Shown here: one piece after another, positions 1 to 8,146 of the stretch
Numbering within the stretch: position 1 is the first letter of the stretch
Layout of the letters: each line of letters starts with the position of its first letter
Assembly: GCA_038217285.1 (NCBI GenBank)
Contig: JBBQPO010000117.1
Location: 1 to 17,739 of the forward strand
DNA from: Chthonomonadales bacterium
GTDB taxonomy: Bacteria > Armatimonadota > Chthonomonadetes > Chthonomonadales > Chthonomonadaceae
Length of the DNA: 17,739 bases
Reading direction: 5' to 3'
Notes under the pieces: generated by a model
Database searches by the model: none
Seen by the model: only the letters and a program-made list of their open reading frames with translations
What the model was told of the DNA's origin: nothing
Translations under genes and position numbers: made by a program

Positions 1-237
1 AGGGGCCATCAGGGAGTAGTACAGCGGAGCCTGATAGGCTTCATAGCTGGTTCCGGGGCTCCCCAGCACAGGTAGGGTGAAGTGCGAGGCATAGTAGCGA
101 ACGGTGTTGAAATGCGCAGGCTCGTCGTAAGGCAAGCCGGGGGGCACCGAAAAGACGTAGAGGCCCCCCAGCAGAACCGAGAGGGCGATGATCGCTATCA
201 AGAGGGTTCGGGGACGGGTGAATTCGTAGCCTAGCAT
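1..237 (-). CDS. GT-C fold membrane glycosyltransferase (GT39/ArnT/PMT-like), N-terminal part; runs off the window start
   Basis: Manual translation from the ATG at 237 (in-frame TAG immediately upstream, GAAAGG RBS): MLGYEFTRPRTLLIAIIALSVLLGGLYVFSVPPGLPYDEPAHFNTVRYYASHFTLPVLGSPGTSYEAYQAPLYYSLMAP. One TM helix, then DEPAH and YE..Q.PLYY motifs typical of GT-C first periplasmic loops. Missing from the ORF track because there is no stop in the window. Confidence 0.8.
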   Translation of the reverse strand, partial: MLGYEFTRPRTLLIAIIALSVLLGGLYVFSVPPGLPYDEPAHFNTVRYYASHFTLPVLGSPGTSYEAYQAPLYYSLMAP

Positions 238-426
238 CTACTGCCTTTCGAGATTTGCCGACGCGGCGGCAGCGAGAAGACCAACATAAAAAGGATTTAC
301 AAGAGTATGACACAAAGCCGACCTCTCCCTCTACGTGTGCGCTCAGGGTGCAGGAGAGAGAGCGGCGGCGACCTCCGCCTGGCGCTCGGGCCGGGTATGC
401 CTCTCCTAAATTATCCGCAATCCTCC

Positions 427-1239
427 TTATGATCTACAAATGACGACTTCCACGGAGTGTGAGATCGAAAATGAGTAGCCCTCGATAGCGCGATAAAAGA
501 CCTCTTCGCAGTCCTGTCCATTCAGTTCTACGGCCATACTCCGTGTTTTACTCAGCCACTCCTCGTAGTTTCGGGCGAACACTTCCATCTCAGAACGTTC
601 AATATCTAATTTTAAAATGTCGATTTTGTCGCAGCCGCTCTCGCGCAAAAGGGTTCCTATATCGACGGCGCGAACGTCCGGCCTCTCCTCGGGAAGGCTT
701 TCTCTTACTTGCGTCACCCATTCCCCGTCATCTCCGAATTCGCCCTGACAGAGAGTCAATCCGGTGGAATGCGACCAGACGCCGGTTTGCAAGAGCGTGA
801 CCCGATCCCCATAGGGCTTGAGGTTCTCTGCAAGGACAACGAAATTGTCTCTGTCCGGTTCGATCGCGATCACCCTGGCCAGCGGAAAACGGGTGAGAAA
901 ATAGGCAGCGGTGTAGCCTACGTTAGCGCCGCAATCGATAATCAGCCGCACATCCGAGAGATCGTTCAAGCTGGCGTATTCTTGCCATTCAAAAACGGAC
1001 CGAAATACGTCTCTGTCGCTGGAGTCACATCGGCAGAAGAGCGGATACATACTATCTCTGGCTTCGAGAAAGTAAGTCTCGGACTCCTGCGATTTTCCAG
1101 GCAGCTTCAACAGGCGTTTTGGATACATGCTGCCCACGATATTTCTGGCGCATATAGCCAGTCCGTTTGATCGAAGAGGAAGTCTGACCTTGTCGATGAG
1201 CCACGTGATTTTTCTTGTAGTTCTCTCTATTAAGTTCAT
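427..1239 (-). CDS. FkbM-family SAM-dependent methyltransferase (paralog 1)
   Basis: IIDCGANVGY SAM-binding motif, IAIEPD, IDILKLDIE; AGAGGA RBS upstream. Confidence 0.9.
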   Translation of the reverse strand: MNLIERTTRKITWLIDKVRLPLRSNGLAICARNIVGSMYPKRLLKLPGKSQESETYFLEARDSMYPLFCRCDSSDRDVFRSVFEWQEYASLNDLSDVRLIIDCGANVGYTAAYFLTRFPLARVIAIEPDRDNFVVLAENLKPYGDRVTLLQTGVWSHSTGLTLCQGEFGDDGEWVTQVRESLPEERPDVRAVDIGTLLRESGCDKIDILKLDIERSEMEVFARNYEEWLSKTRSMAVELNGQDCEEVFYRAIEGYSFSISHSVEVVICRS

Positions 1240-1415
1240 GAATTCCTCTGCACCATCTCCTTGAAAGCCGAGGCATGTTCCTCTCTCTCAGCGTAGTTGG
1301 CGCTGTCTGTATGCCTCCGCATCGAGGGAAAGAATCCAGGATTTTGGGCACACGAAGAGCCTATCCCAAGTAGGAGGGCTTTCCCATCGCGGCAGAGCGC
1401 CATTGGGGATAGCTT

Positions 1416-2414
1416 CTAAGGCGCGGCCTCATTCCCTGTCGGCGTCCTCTGTTCCTCACCCTGCACTTCCAGGTAGCGGGTGATCGCCTGGCCAATCGCA
1501 TCACGTCTTCGGGGATCGCCGCGCTCCGAGAGGAGGAAGCGCAGCCCCCGCAGAACGCCGGCTAGCGGTCCGGCGATATTCACCGCCAGGAGGGCGAACG
1601 CCCCTCCGATTTTGCGGGCGAAGCTGACGAGAGTGTGCTTGATGCTGTAGCCCAGGTAGCTCCAGAAGATCGGGCGGAAGCCGTAGAGCCGCAGCAGCAT
1701 GATATAGTTGTTGCACCAGTGCCAGAACACCGACTGCAGATCGGAACGCTTACCGGCGGCGCGAGGCGCCGTGACATGATCGACGACCGCATGAGGCGTG
1801 AACAGCAGGCGGTAGCCAGCTATCCGTACCCGCAGGCACATATCCGAGTCGTCGCAGGCGTTGGTGCCGGGATAGTCGCCATGAAACCCGCCCACCCGCG
1901 CCACCGCCTCCCGCCGAAAAGACATGCAGGCGCCCAGCATATGATCGACCTCGATGATGCGGCCGGGATCGGCCGCAAAGTGCCCGAGCCGGACGCCGTC
2001 GCGCCGCATCCTCCCGATATCTTCGACCCCCTCCGTCTCCTCCCCCGGCTGGTTGTTGAGGATGCGGGCGACCACGCCGCCGACCCCCGGATCATCGCCA
2101 TAGGCCGCCATGAGATTCTTGAACCAGTCGGGATGGGCGAACGCATCGTCGTCCAGAAAGATCAGAACATCGCCCGCCGAGGCCAGGATACCGACATTGC
2201 GGGAGTGCGGCGTATTGCCCCGACCCTGCTCATTGAAGAGATAGTGTACCCCCGGAAACTCTTCCACAATCTTGCGGGTACGATCATCCGGGGAGGCGTC
2301 CACCACCACGATCTGATCCGGCTTCGGCTCCTGTGCCCTGAGTTGCGTCAGGCATCGGCGAATATAGTCAGGCCGGTTCCACGTGACGATGATTACACTG
2401 CCCGTAAGTTTCAT
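1416..2414 (-). CDS. Glycosyltransferase family 2 (GT-A fold)
   Basis: SVIIVTWNR, IVVVDAS, RNVG, FLDDD (DxD), GACMSFRR, DDSDMCLR. Start placed at ATG 2414, just after the kinase stop at 2420. Confidence 0.9.
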   Translation of the reverse strand: MKLTGSVIIVTWNRPDYIRRCLTQLRAQEPKPDQIVVVDASPDDRTRKIVEEFPGVHYLFNEQGRGNTPHSRNVGILASAGDVLIFLDDDAFAHPDWFKNLMAAYGDDPGVGGVVARILNNQPGEETEGVEDIGRMRRDGVRLGHFAADPGRIIEVDHMLGACMSFRREAVARVGGFHGDYPGTNACDDSDMCLRVRIAGYRLLFTPHAVVDHVTAPRAAGKRSDLQSVFWHWCNNYIMLLRLYGFRPIFWSYLGYSIKHTLVSFARKIGGAFALLAVNIAGPLAGVLRGLRFLLSERGDPRRRDAIGQAITRYLEVQGEEQRTPTGNEAAP

Positions 2415-2419
2415 GGCGC

Positions 2420-3409
2420 TCAATCCTGCTCCTCCACAAAGATGACTTTGCTGCCCTGGGGCTCGAAATGGAACGGAAGCGGCTCAAGCTCCGGCAGGGC
2501 GGCGATAATATCCGCGTGCCGCTCTTCGTGGGCATAGACCAGAAGGAAGCCCCCCCCGCCCGCGCCCAGGATCTTGCCGCCCAGAGCGCCGTTCGCCCGT
2601 GCGCGGGTATACCAGTCATCGATCTGCCCGCTGCTGATCCCCGAGGCCAGACTGCGTTTCAGCAGCCACGCCTCGTGGAGGATCTGGCCGAACATGTCCA
2701 GTTCGTCCCGCTGCAGCGCCTCGCATAGGTCGCCCGCCAACCGGGTCATCTCCCGAAGCACGTCGCGCTTGCTCCGGTCGCTCTCCGTATTGGCCTTCTG
2801 CTCCTGAAGAATGTTGTCTGCAGAGCGCGTGATCCCCGTATAGAGCATCAGCAGGCGCTGGTCCAGGGTCTGACGGGTCTGCGGCTTACAGATGACCGGA
2901 TCGACGAAGACCGTGCCGTCCGGATTGAAGCGGATATGCTGCATGCCCCCGTAGGCGGCGATATACTGGTCCTGCTTGCCGATAGGCTTCGCGCAGCGTT
3001 CGATCTCGATGGCGCACGCCTCCCGCGCCAGACGTTCCGCGCCCGCGTGCTGGCCCTGATAGGCGTAGAGCCCATTGAGCAGCCCAACCGTATAGGCGCT
3101 GGAGGAGCCCAGGCCCGTGCCGTAGGAGTGAACATCGGAGATGGAGGTGATCTCGACCCCGCTCTCGACTCCGGTGAGGAAAAGCGCCTCCCGGATCAGC
3201 TCGTGTTTCAGATCCTGCGGAGTATCGACGATCTCGGTGACAGAGTAGCTGGCGCGGATCTTGTGGTCGAACTTCCTGTTGACGTTGATATAGATATATT
3301 TGTTGATGGCGACGCTGACCACGCCCCCCGGCTCGTGCTCGTAGAAGGCGGGCAGGTCGCTGCCGCCCCCGGCAAAGCTGACGCGCAGCGGCGTACGTGA
3401 GATGATCAT
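2420..3409 (-). CDS. hddA: GHMP-family sugar kinase, D-glycero-alpha-D-manno-heptose-7-phosphate kinase (HddA)-like, copy A
   Basis: MIISRTPLRVSFAGGGSD, GTGLGSSS, IGKQDQY, GGKILGAGGGGF. ATG at 3409 overlaps the galE stop (ATGA). Confidence 0.8.
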   Translation of the reverse strand: MIISRTPLRVSFAGGGSDLPAFYEHEPGGVVSVAINKYIYINVNRKFDHKIRASYSVTEIVDTPQDLKHELIREALFLTGVESGVEITSISDVHSYGTGLGSSSAYTVGLLNGLYAYQGQHAGAERLAREACAIEIERCAKPIGKQDQYIAAYGGMQHIRFNPDGTVFVDPVICKPQTRQTLDQRLLMLYTGITRSADNILQEQKANTESDRSKRDVLREMTRLAGDLCEALQRDELDMFGQILHEAWLLKRSLASGISSGQIDDWYTRARANGALGGKILGAGGGGFLLVYAHEERHADIIAALPELEPLPFHFEPQGSKVIFVEEQD

Positions 3410-4380
3410 GCGGCGTAGCCTCGCGGATGCGCCTGACGCCACCGCCAGGCCGTTTCGATAATCGCGGTGAGATCCGCATACTGCGGCGACCAGCCCAACT
3501 CCTGCCGTATACGCTCCGATCCAGCGATCAGGGTGGCGGGATCTCCCGACCGGCGCTCCGCCGGGATCACCTTGACGCTCAGCCCGGTCACCTTCTCGAC
3601 CGCCTCGATGACCTGCCGATTGGAGTAGCCGCTGCCGTTGCCCAGATTATAGGCGCGCGCTCCGAGCCTATCGATATTTTCCAGGGCGAGGATGTGCGCC
3701 TGGGCGATGTCGGCAACATGGATATAGTCGCGCACACAGGTGCCGTCCGGCGTATCCCAATCGGTTCCGAACAGCTTCATCGCCTCCCGCTCCCCGAGCG
3801 CGGCCTCGAAAACGATGGGAATGATATGCGTCTCCGTCTCGTGGAACTCTCCGAAGCGCTCGGTCGCGCCGGCAGCATTGAAATAGCGCAGGGAGACATG
3901 CCGGAGATCGTAGGAGAGGCGATACCAGGCCATGATCCGCTCGAAGGCCAGCTTGGATTCGCCGTAAGGGTTGACGGGCTCCTTCGGAGCGTCCTCGACG
4001 ATGGGAATTTCGCGGGGCTGGCCATAGACGGCCGCCGTGGAAGAGAAGACCATCCTCTTCACACCGTTGTGGACCATCGCCTCCAGCAGGTTGATGCCGC
4101 CGATGACATTGGCCTTGAAGAACACTCCCGGATCCGGCCCCCCGATGAGCGCCTCCGCCGCCAGGTGTACCACCGCGTCCGGCGTCTCCGCCGCGAACAG
4201 GCGCATCATTCCGTCGGCGTCCAGCAGATCCAGGGCGACGAATTTCGCGTCTGGATGGACCGCCTCCCGATTGCCGTGCGACAGATTGTCCAGAGCCACG
4301 ATACTATGTCCCCGCACGATCAAAAGCTCGGTCACGACGCTGCCGATGAAGCCCGCCGCTCCGGTTACCACTATCTTCAT
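3406..4380 (-). CDS. galE: UDP-glucose 4-epimerase (extended SDR)
   Basis: TGAAGFIG, FSSTAAVYG, NPYGESK (YxxxK), LRYFNAAGA, DGTCVRDYIHV, YNLGNG. Confidence 0.88.
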   Translation of the reverse strand: MKIVVTGAAGFIGSVVTELLIVRGHSIVALDNLSHGNREAVHPDAKFVALDLLDADGMMRLFAAETPDAVVHLAAEALIGGPDPGVFFKANVIGGINLLEAMVHNGVKRMVFSSTAAVYGQPREIPIVEDAPKEPVNPYGESKLAFERIMAWYRLSYDLRHVSLRYFNAAGATERFGEFHETETHIIPIVFEAALGEREAMKLFGTDWDTPDGTCVRDYIHVADIAQAHILALENIDRLGARAYNLGNGSGYSNRQVIEAVEKVTGLSVKVIPAERRSGDPATLIAGSERIRQELGWSPQYADLTAIIETAWRWRQAHPRGYAA

Positions 4381-4456
4381 TCTCTCTCCCCTTACCGACG
4401 CTCGCTCTCAGGAGGGAGAAAGGACGTGCGCGGCGATAAATAAGTTGCTGCCCGCC

Positions 4457-5215
4457 TCAGTCGGCGGCCTGGCGCTGCGCGTGCAGTGCGAGGCGGCGGC
4501 GCAGACGCCCCTGTTTTAGTCGCAGCTTCAGCGGCATAATAAAGGCCTCGCGAAACATTTTATTCGACATCTTCGACTGGCCCCTCAGGCGATCCGCGAA
4601 GATGATTGGAACCTCGGCGAAAGTGTACTGCAGCACATGGGCGCGAAAGAGCAGCTCCACCTGAAAGGAGTAGCCGTTGGAGATCATGCTCTCCAACTCG
4701 ATACTCTCCAGCACACGCCGATGGATGATCTTAAAGCCGCTCGTGCAGTCGTTGATGTTCAGGGCCGTCACGGAGTTGACATAGCGGTTGGCGCCCCAGG
4801 AGAGCAGCAGCCGCCAGAGCGGCCAGTTCACTACGGAGATGCCGTTCATGTAGCGCGACCCGATGACGATATCGACCTTATCGCTCGCCTCGATCATCTT
4901 GGGCAGATAGATCGGATCGTGCGAAAGATCCGCATCCATCTGGATGATCAGATCGTAGTCCCGCGCCAGCGACCACTGAAAGCCCGCGATATAGGCGCGC
5001 GCAAACCCGTCTTTGGCGGTTCGATGGAGGACATGCAGACGCCCCGCGATCCAGGGCAGGGCGGCGAGGGCGTCCAGAATGTCGCCGGTCCCATCCGGTG
5101 AGTCATCGTCCACGAACAGCATATGAATATCGGGTGTCTGCGCAAAGACGGAGGCGGCCAGACGTTCCACATTCTCGGCTTCGTTAAAGGTCGGCACCAC
5201 TATAATGGCGTTCAT
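4457..5215 (-). CDS. Polyprenol monophosphomannose synthase-like (DPM1-like GT2)
   Basis: VPTFNEAEN, VDDDSPDGT, QMDADLSHDP, DCTSGFK, GYSFQVEL, EVPIIFADR..GQSKM. Confidence 0.9.
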   Translation of the reverse strand: MNAIIVVPTFNEAENVERLAASVFAQTPDIHMLFVDDDSPDGTGDILDALAALPWIAGRLHVLHRTAKDGFARAYIAGFQWSLARDYDLIIQMDADLSHDPIYLPKMIEASDKVDIVIGSRYMNGISVVNWPLWRLLLSWGANRYVNSVTALNINDCTSGFKIIHRRVLESIELESMISNGYSFQVELLFRAHVLQYTFAEVPIIFADRLRGQSKMSNKMFREAFIMPLKLRLKQGRLRRRLALHAQRQAAD

Positions 5216-5290
5216 TCAGTTTTCCTTCTCGACTCACCGGAGCCCCTGCCCCACTCTCCTCCGGCGGAGCCATCGCAACCGGAAACCCTG

Positions 5291-5857
5291 TCAGGCGGGC
5301 TTACGAACGCGGTCCTTCAGCAGAGAGAAGACCAGATGCAGCAGGATCATATGCAGGTCTTCGATCTGCTGCATATTGTCGCTCTCGACGATCAGGCACT
5401 CTTTCGCCAGAGAGGCCAGCTTGCCGCCCTGGAAGCCTGCCAGGCCGAAGGTGTGCGCTCCCTTCGCGTTGGCGACCGTCACCGCGTTCAGCACATTGGG
5501 AGAGTTACCACTGCCGCTTATGGCGATCACCAGATCTCCTGGCTCCGCCCAGCACTCCACCTGCGGGGCGAAGATATTGGCGAAATCGGTATCGTTGCCC
5601 CAGGCCAGGATGAGCGGGGTGCAGTCCGAAAGACACATCACCTTGAGCGCTCGGCCCGCCTCCAACTGGATGCACTTCTGGAGGTCGTTGACGATATGGG
5701 AGGCGGTGGAGGAGCTGCCTCCGTTGCCCATGACGAGCACACGCCCGTCCGCCCGCCAGACGGCCTCCAGCAGGCCGGCCAGCCGCTCCACCTGCGCCTC
5801 GGAGACCTGATCGATCAGCCGCTGCACCGAACTCAAATATTCCCTTAAAAAGCTCAT
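5291..5857 (-). CDS. gmhA: Sedoheptulose-7-phosphate (phosphoheptose) isomerase, SIS domain
   Basis: GNGGS, AWGND, ISGSGNSPNV, QQIEDLH motifs; GGGGAG RBS. Confidence 0.85.
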   Translation of the reverse strand: MSFLREYLSSVQRLIDQVSEAQVERLAGLLEAVWRADGRVLVMGNGGSSSTASHIVNDLQKCIQLEAGRALKVMCLSDCTPLILAWGNDTDFANIFAPQVECWAEPGDLVIAISGSGNSPNVLNAVTVANAKGAHTFGLAGFQGGKLASLAKECLIVESDNMQQIEDLHMILLHLVFSLLKDRVRKPA

Positions 5858-5892
5858 TGTTGCTCCCCGAGTAAGTTAAAGTAAGCGGTTAC

Positions 5893-5907
5893 AGAATACC
5901 CTATTTT
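5893..5907 (-). promoter_or_regulatory. Repeated 15-bp motif AAAATAGGGTATTCT, about 35 nt upstream of gmhA (putative internal promoter)
   Basis: 14/15 identical to each of the copies at 9233-9247 and 17611-17625. Confidence 0.55.
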
Positions 5908-5973
5908 GATTTCGCCCGGATTTGTCCGGCAGGTCGAGCCGCGCTTCGAATGGCCTGCGTTCATACGCAAGCA

Positions 5974-7107
5974 TCAGGAGAGCAGGCCGGTTTCGGTCAG
6001 AGCGTGCATCACCGCCTCGGCCCGCGCATCCCAGGAGTTCTCCCTGGCAAACTGCTTCCGCGCCTCGCGCTTGGCGGGATCGTCGTCCTCTACAGCGTGG
6101 CGCAGTGCGCGGACGAACTCATCGACCGTGCGCGTGGTCGCGATGTAGGGCGCATACCGCACCGACTCCCGAACCCAGGTCGAGACCACCGGCATCCCGG
6201 CCAGCAGATAGCCCCAGGTCTTCACCGAGTTTATAGCATCGCCGATGTAGCCTGGATGATACGGGATCAGCCCCACATCGAACGCGTTGTTCCAGGTGGC
6301 TCCGTCCTCGTCCGGTGTGCGGCCGGGGGCGACGACGTTCGGCAGATTCCGCATCCGCGAGAATTTGGGCTCCTGATCCGGATTGACCCGCCCGACGATC
6401 GCGAACGTATACTCCGGAATCTGTCTGGCGACTTCGTAGAGCGTCTCACTATCGACGCGCCAATCGACCGTGCCGATATAGCCAACGATCGGATGCGGCC
6501 TGCCCTGCAGCGGCGAGGGGAGGGGCGTGGGGCCCGTGTGATCCGGGTGGAACATCTTCTCGTTGATCGCGTTCGGCACCAGATAGGAGTGCGGATTGAT
6601 CGCCTTCATCCGCTCGTAGAGCGTCTCGGCGGTACAGATCACCATCTTCGCCTTGCGCGCAGTCGCAAACTCGATGGCATCGAAGTTGGCCTGGTCCGCC
6701 TCCACAAAACAGGGATCGACGCAGTCGTAGACCAGCCGATCCAGCCTCATGCCCGGCATCAGCGTGGGATCGGCCGAACCGAGCACATAGACATACTCTT
6801 CCACGCCTTCTTTGCGAAGGGCCGCATGCAGCCAGGCGGCATCCAGTGTGCCCGCCACACCCGCCATGCGTTTGCCGAAACGGTTGTAGCGCAGCGCGAA
6901 AACGTTGTGGACCACCAGCAGATTGTCGTGGATGCGCTCCACGTAAGGCCGCTGCAGGCTGGGCATGGCCGTGGAGTAGGGAGCCATATTGATATAGACG
7001 GTCAGGATATGTTTGCTGAGCGAATCGGCCAGGCAGACCTGCCGCTGTGGACCGATGTGCCAGTTGCTCCCCGGCCGGACATATAGAAGCGCAATGCGGT
7101 TCTTCAT
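5974..7107 (-). CDS. Glycosyltransferase, GT-B fold (GT4, TuaH-like)
   Basis: VYDCVD, YLVPNA, PIVGYIG, FDVGLIPY, K...YL.AG.PVVST, NSWDARA. Confidence 0.85.
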   Translation of the reverse strand: MKNRIALLYVRPGSNWHIGPQRQVCLADSLSKHILTVYINMAPYSTAMPSLQRPYVERIHDNLLVVHNVFALRYNRFGKRMAGVAGTLDAAWLHAALRKEGVEEYVYVLGSADPTLMPGMRLDRLVYDCVDPCFVEADQANFDAIEFATARKAKMVICTAETLYERMKAINPHSYLVPNAINEKMFHPDHTGPTPLPSPLQGRPHPIVGYIGTVDWRVDSETLYEVARQIPEYTFAIVGRVNPDQEPKFSRMRNLPNVVAPGRTPDEDGATWNNAFDVGLIPYHPGYIGDAINSVKTWGYLLAGMPVVSTWVRESVRYAPYIATTRTVDEFVRALRHAVEDDDPAKREARKQFARENSWDARAEAVMHALTETGLLS

Positions 7108-7130
7108 TCTGGGTGACTTTCCTTGCAGGC

Positions 7131-8072
7131 CTACTTGCCCCGCCAGTAGGCGAGCATATCACCTATGGTCTGATCCAGCGGGATGGTCGGCTGCCAGCCG
7201 GTATCGGTTTTGAGGCGCGTCGTATCTCCCCAGATCACCCGCTCGTCGGTCGGGCGCAGCAGCGCCGGATCCTGTTCGATGCGGATATCGGAGCGTATGC
7301 TCTGCCCCACGATCTTCTCGACCACGTCGTGCATGAGCGTGGCGCTGTCCGCGCTGACATTATAGGCTTCGCCGCTCTGCCCCCGTTCGCACAGCGCGAT
7401 CAGCGCCCGGTTCAGGTCGCGCACATCGACGATGGCGCGGCGCGTCTCCAGATTACCGACCCGCAGGGTATCGCTGCCGGGGTCACGCTCGAGCGCGACG
7501 ACGCGACGAACGAAGTCGGAGGTGGCATCCCCCACCTTGCGGGTGCCCGTACAGTTGAAGATCCGGGCGCGGAGGGAGTCGAGGCCGAAGTTCTGGTGGT
7601 ACTGATAGGCGAGGAGATCCTGCGCGACTTTAGAGACGCCATACGGATGAAGAGGCTTCAGCTCCCGCCGTTCCGAAATAGGCACCTCGTCCTGGGTCAC
7701 GAAACCGTATTCGGCGGAGGAGCAGGCCACCACGATCCTCGGCTTCAGCTCCAGGCGTCGCACCGCTTCAAAGACGTTGATGGTACCGTTGACATTGACG
7801 TTCATCGTCTCCGTGGGACGGTTCCAGGAGGCGGTCGGGTAGCTCTGCGCGGCGAGGTGATAGATGGCGTCGGGCCGAAACCGCGCCAGGGAGTCGTAGA
7901 CGGAGCACCAGTCGGTGACATCGACCTCCTCGATAGGCAGGTGCGCGATCTCTGTCAGGTCTATCGTCGGCCGGTAGTAGTTTCCCGTCACCTCATGGCC
8001 GTCCGCAAGCAGCATCTCCATAAGATGCGATCCCATCATGCCCCCGACGCCCGTTATCCACACGCGTGCCAT
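7131..8072 (-). CDS. GDP-sugar-modifying extended SDR (GDP-4-keto-6-deoxy-mannose reductase Rmd / GDP-mannose 4,6-dehydratase family)
   Basis: ITGVGGMMG, HLAAQS, SSAEYG, PYGVSK (YxxxK), VGNLETRR...DVRD, LLRPTD: motifs of the GMD/Rmd subfamily. Confidence 0.85.
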   Translation of the reverse strand: MARVWITGVGGMMGSHLMEMLLADGHEVTGNYYRPTIDLTEIAHLPIEEVDVTDWCSVYDSLARFRPDAIYHLAAQSYPTASWNRPTETMNVNVNGTINVFEAVRRLELKPRIVVACSSAEYGFVTQDEVPISERRELKPLHPYGVSKVAQDLLAYQYHQNFGLDSLRARIFNCTGTRKVGDATSDFVRRVVALERDPGSDTLRVGNLETRRAIVDVRDLNRALIALCERGQSGEAYNVSADSATLMHDVVEKIVGQSIRSDIRIEQDPALLRPTDERVIWGDTTRLKTDTGWQPTIPLDQTIGDMLAYWRGK

Positions 8073-8146
8073 TGTGGCTCCCTTCTGCCGGCTCTCTCCA
8101 AGGCGACCTCCCCCTCACAGGCAGATATGGAGCGACCGATCCTATC

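Noticed and set aside
215..262. c-di-GMP-I riboswitch-like words on the minus strand (GGCAAA..CGAAAG..GATGC..GCTAC)
   Set aside because: The P2 stem does not pair properly, the GACGCAAAGC core is degenerate, and the segment overlaps the RBS and first codons of the GT-C gene.
268..284. GG-N10-GC on the minus strand upstream of the GT-C gene (TTGGTCTTCTCGCTGCC)
   Set aside because: It lacks the CAC/CAT after GG and the TT before GC; too weak to call a sigma54 promoter.
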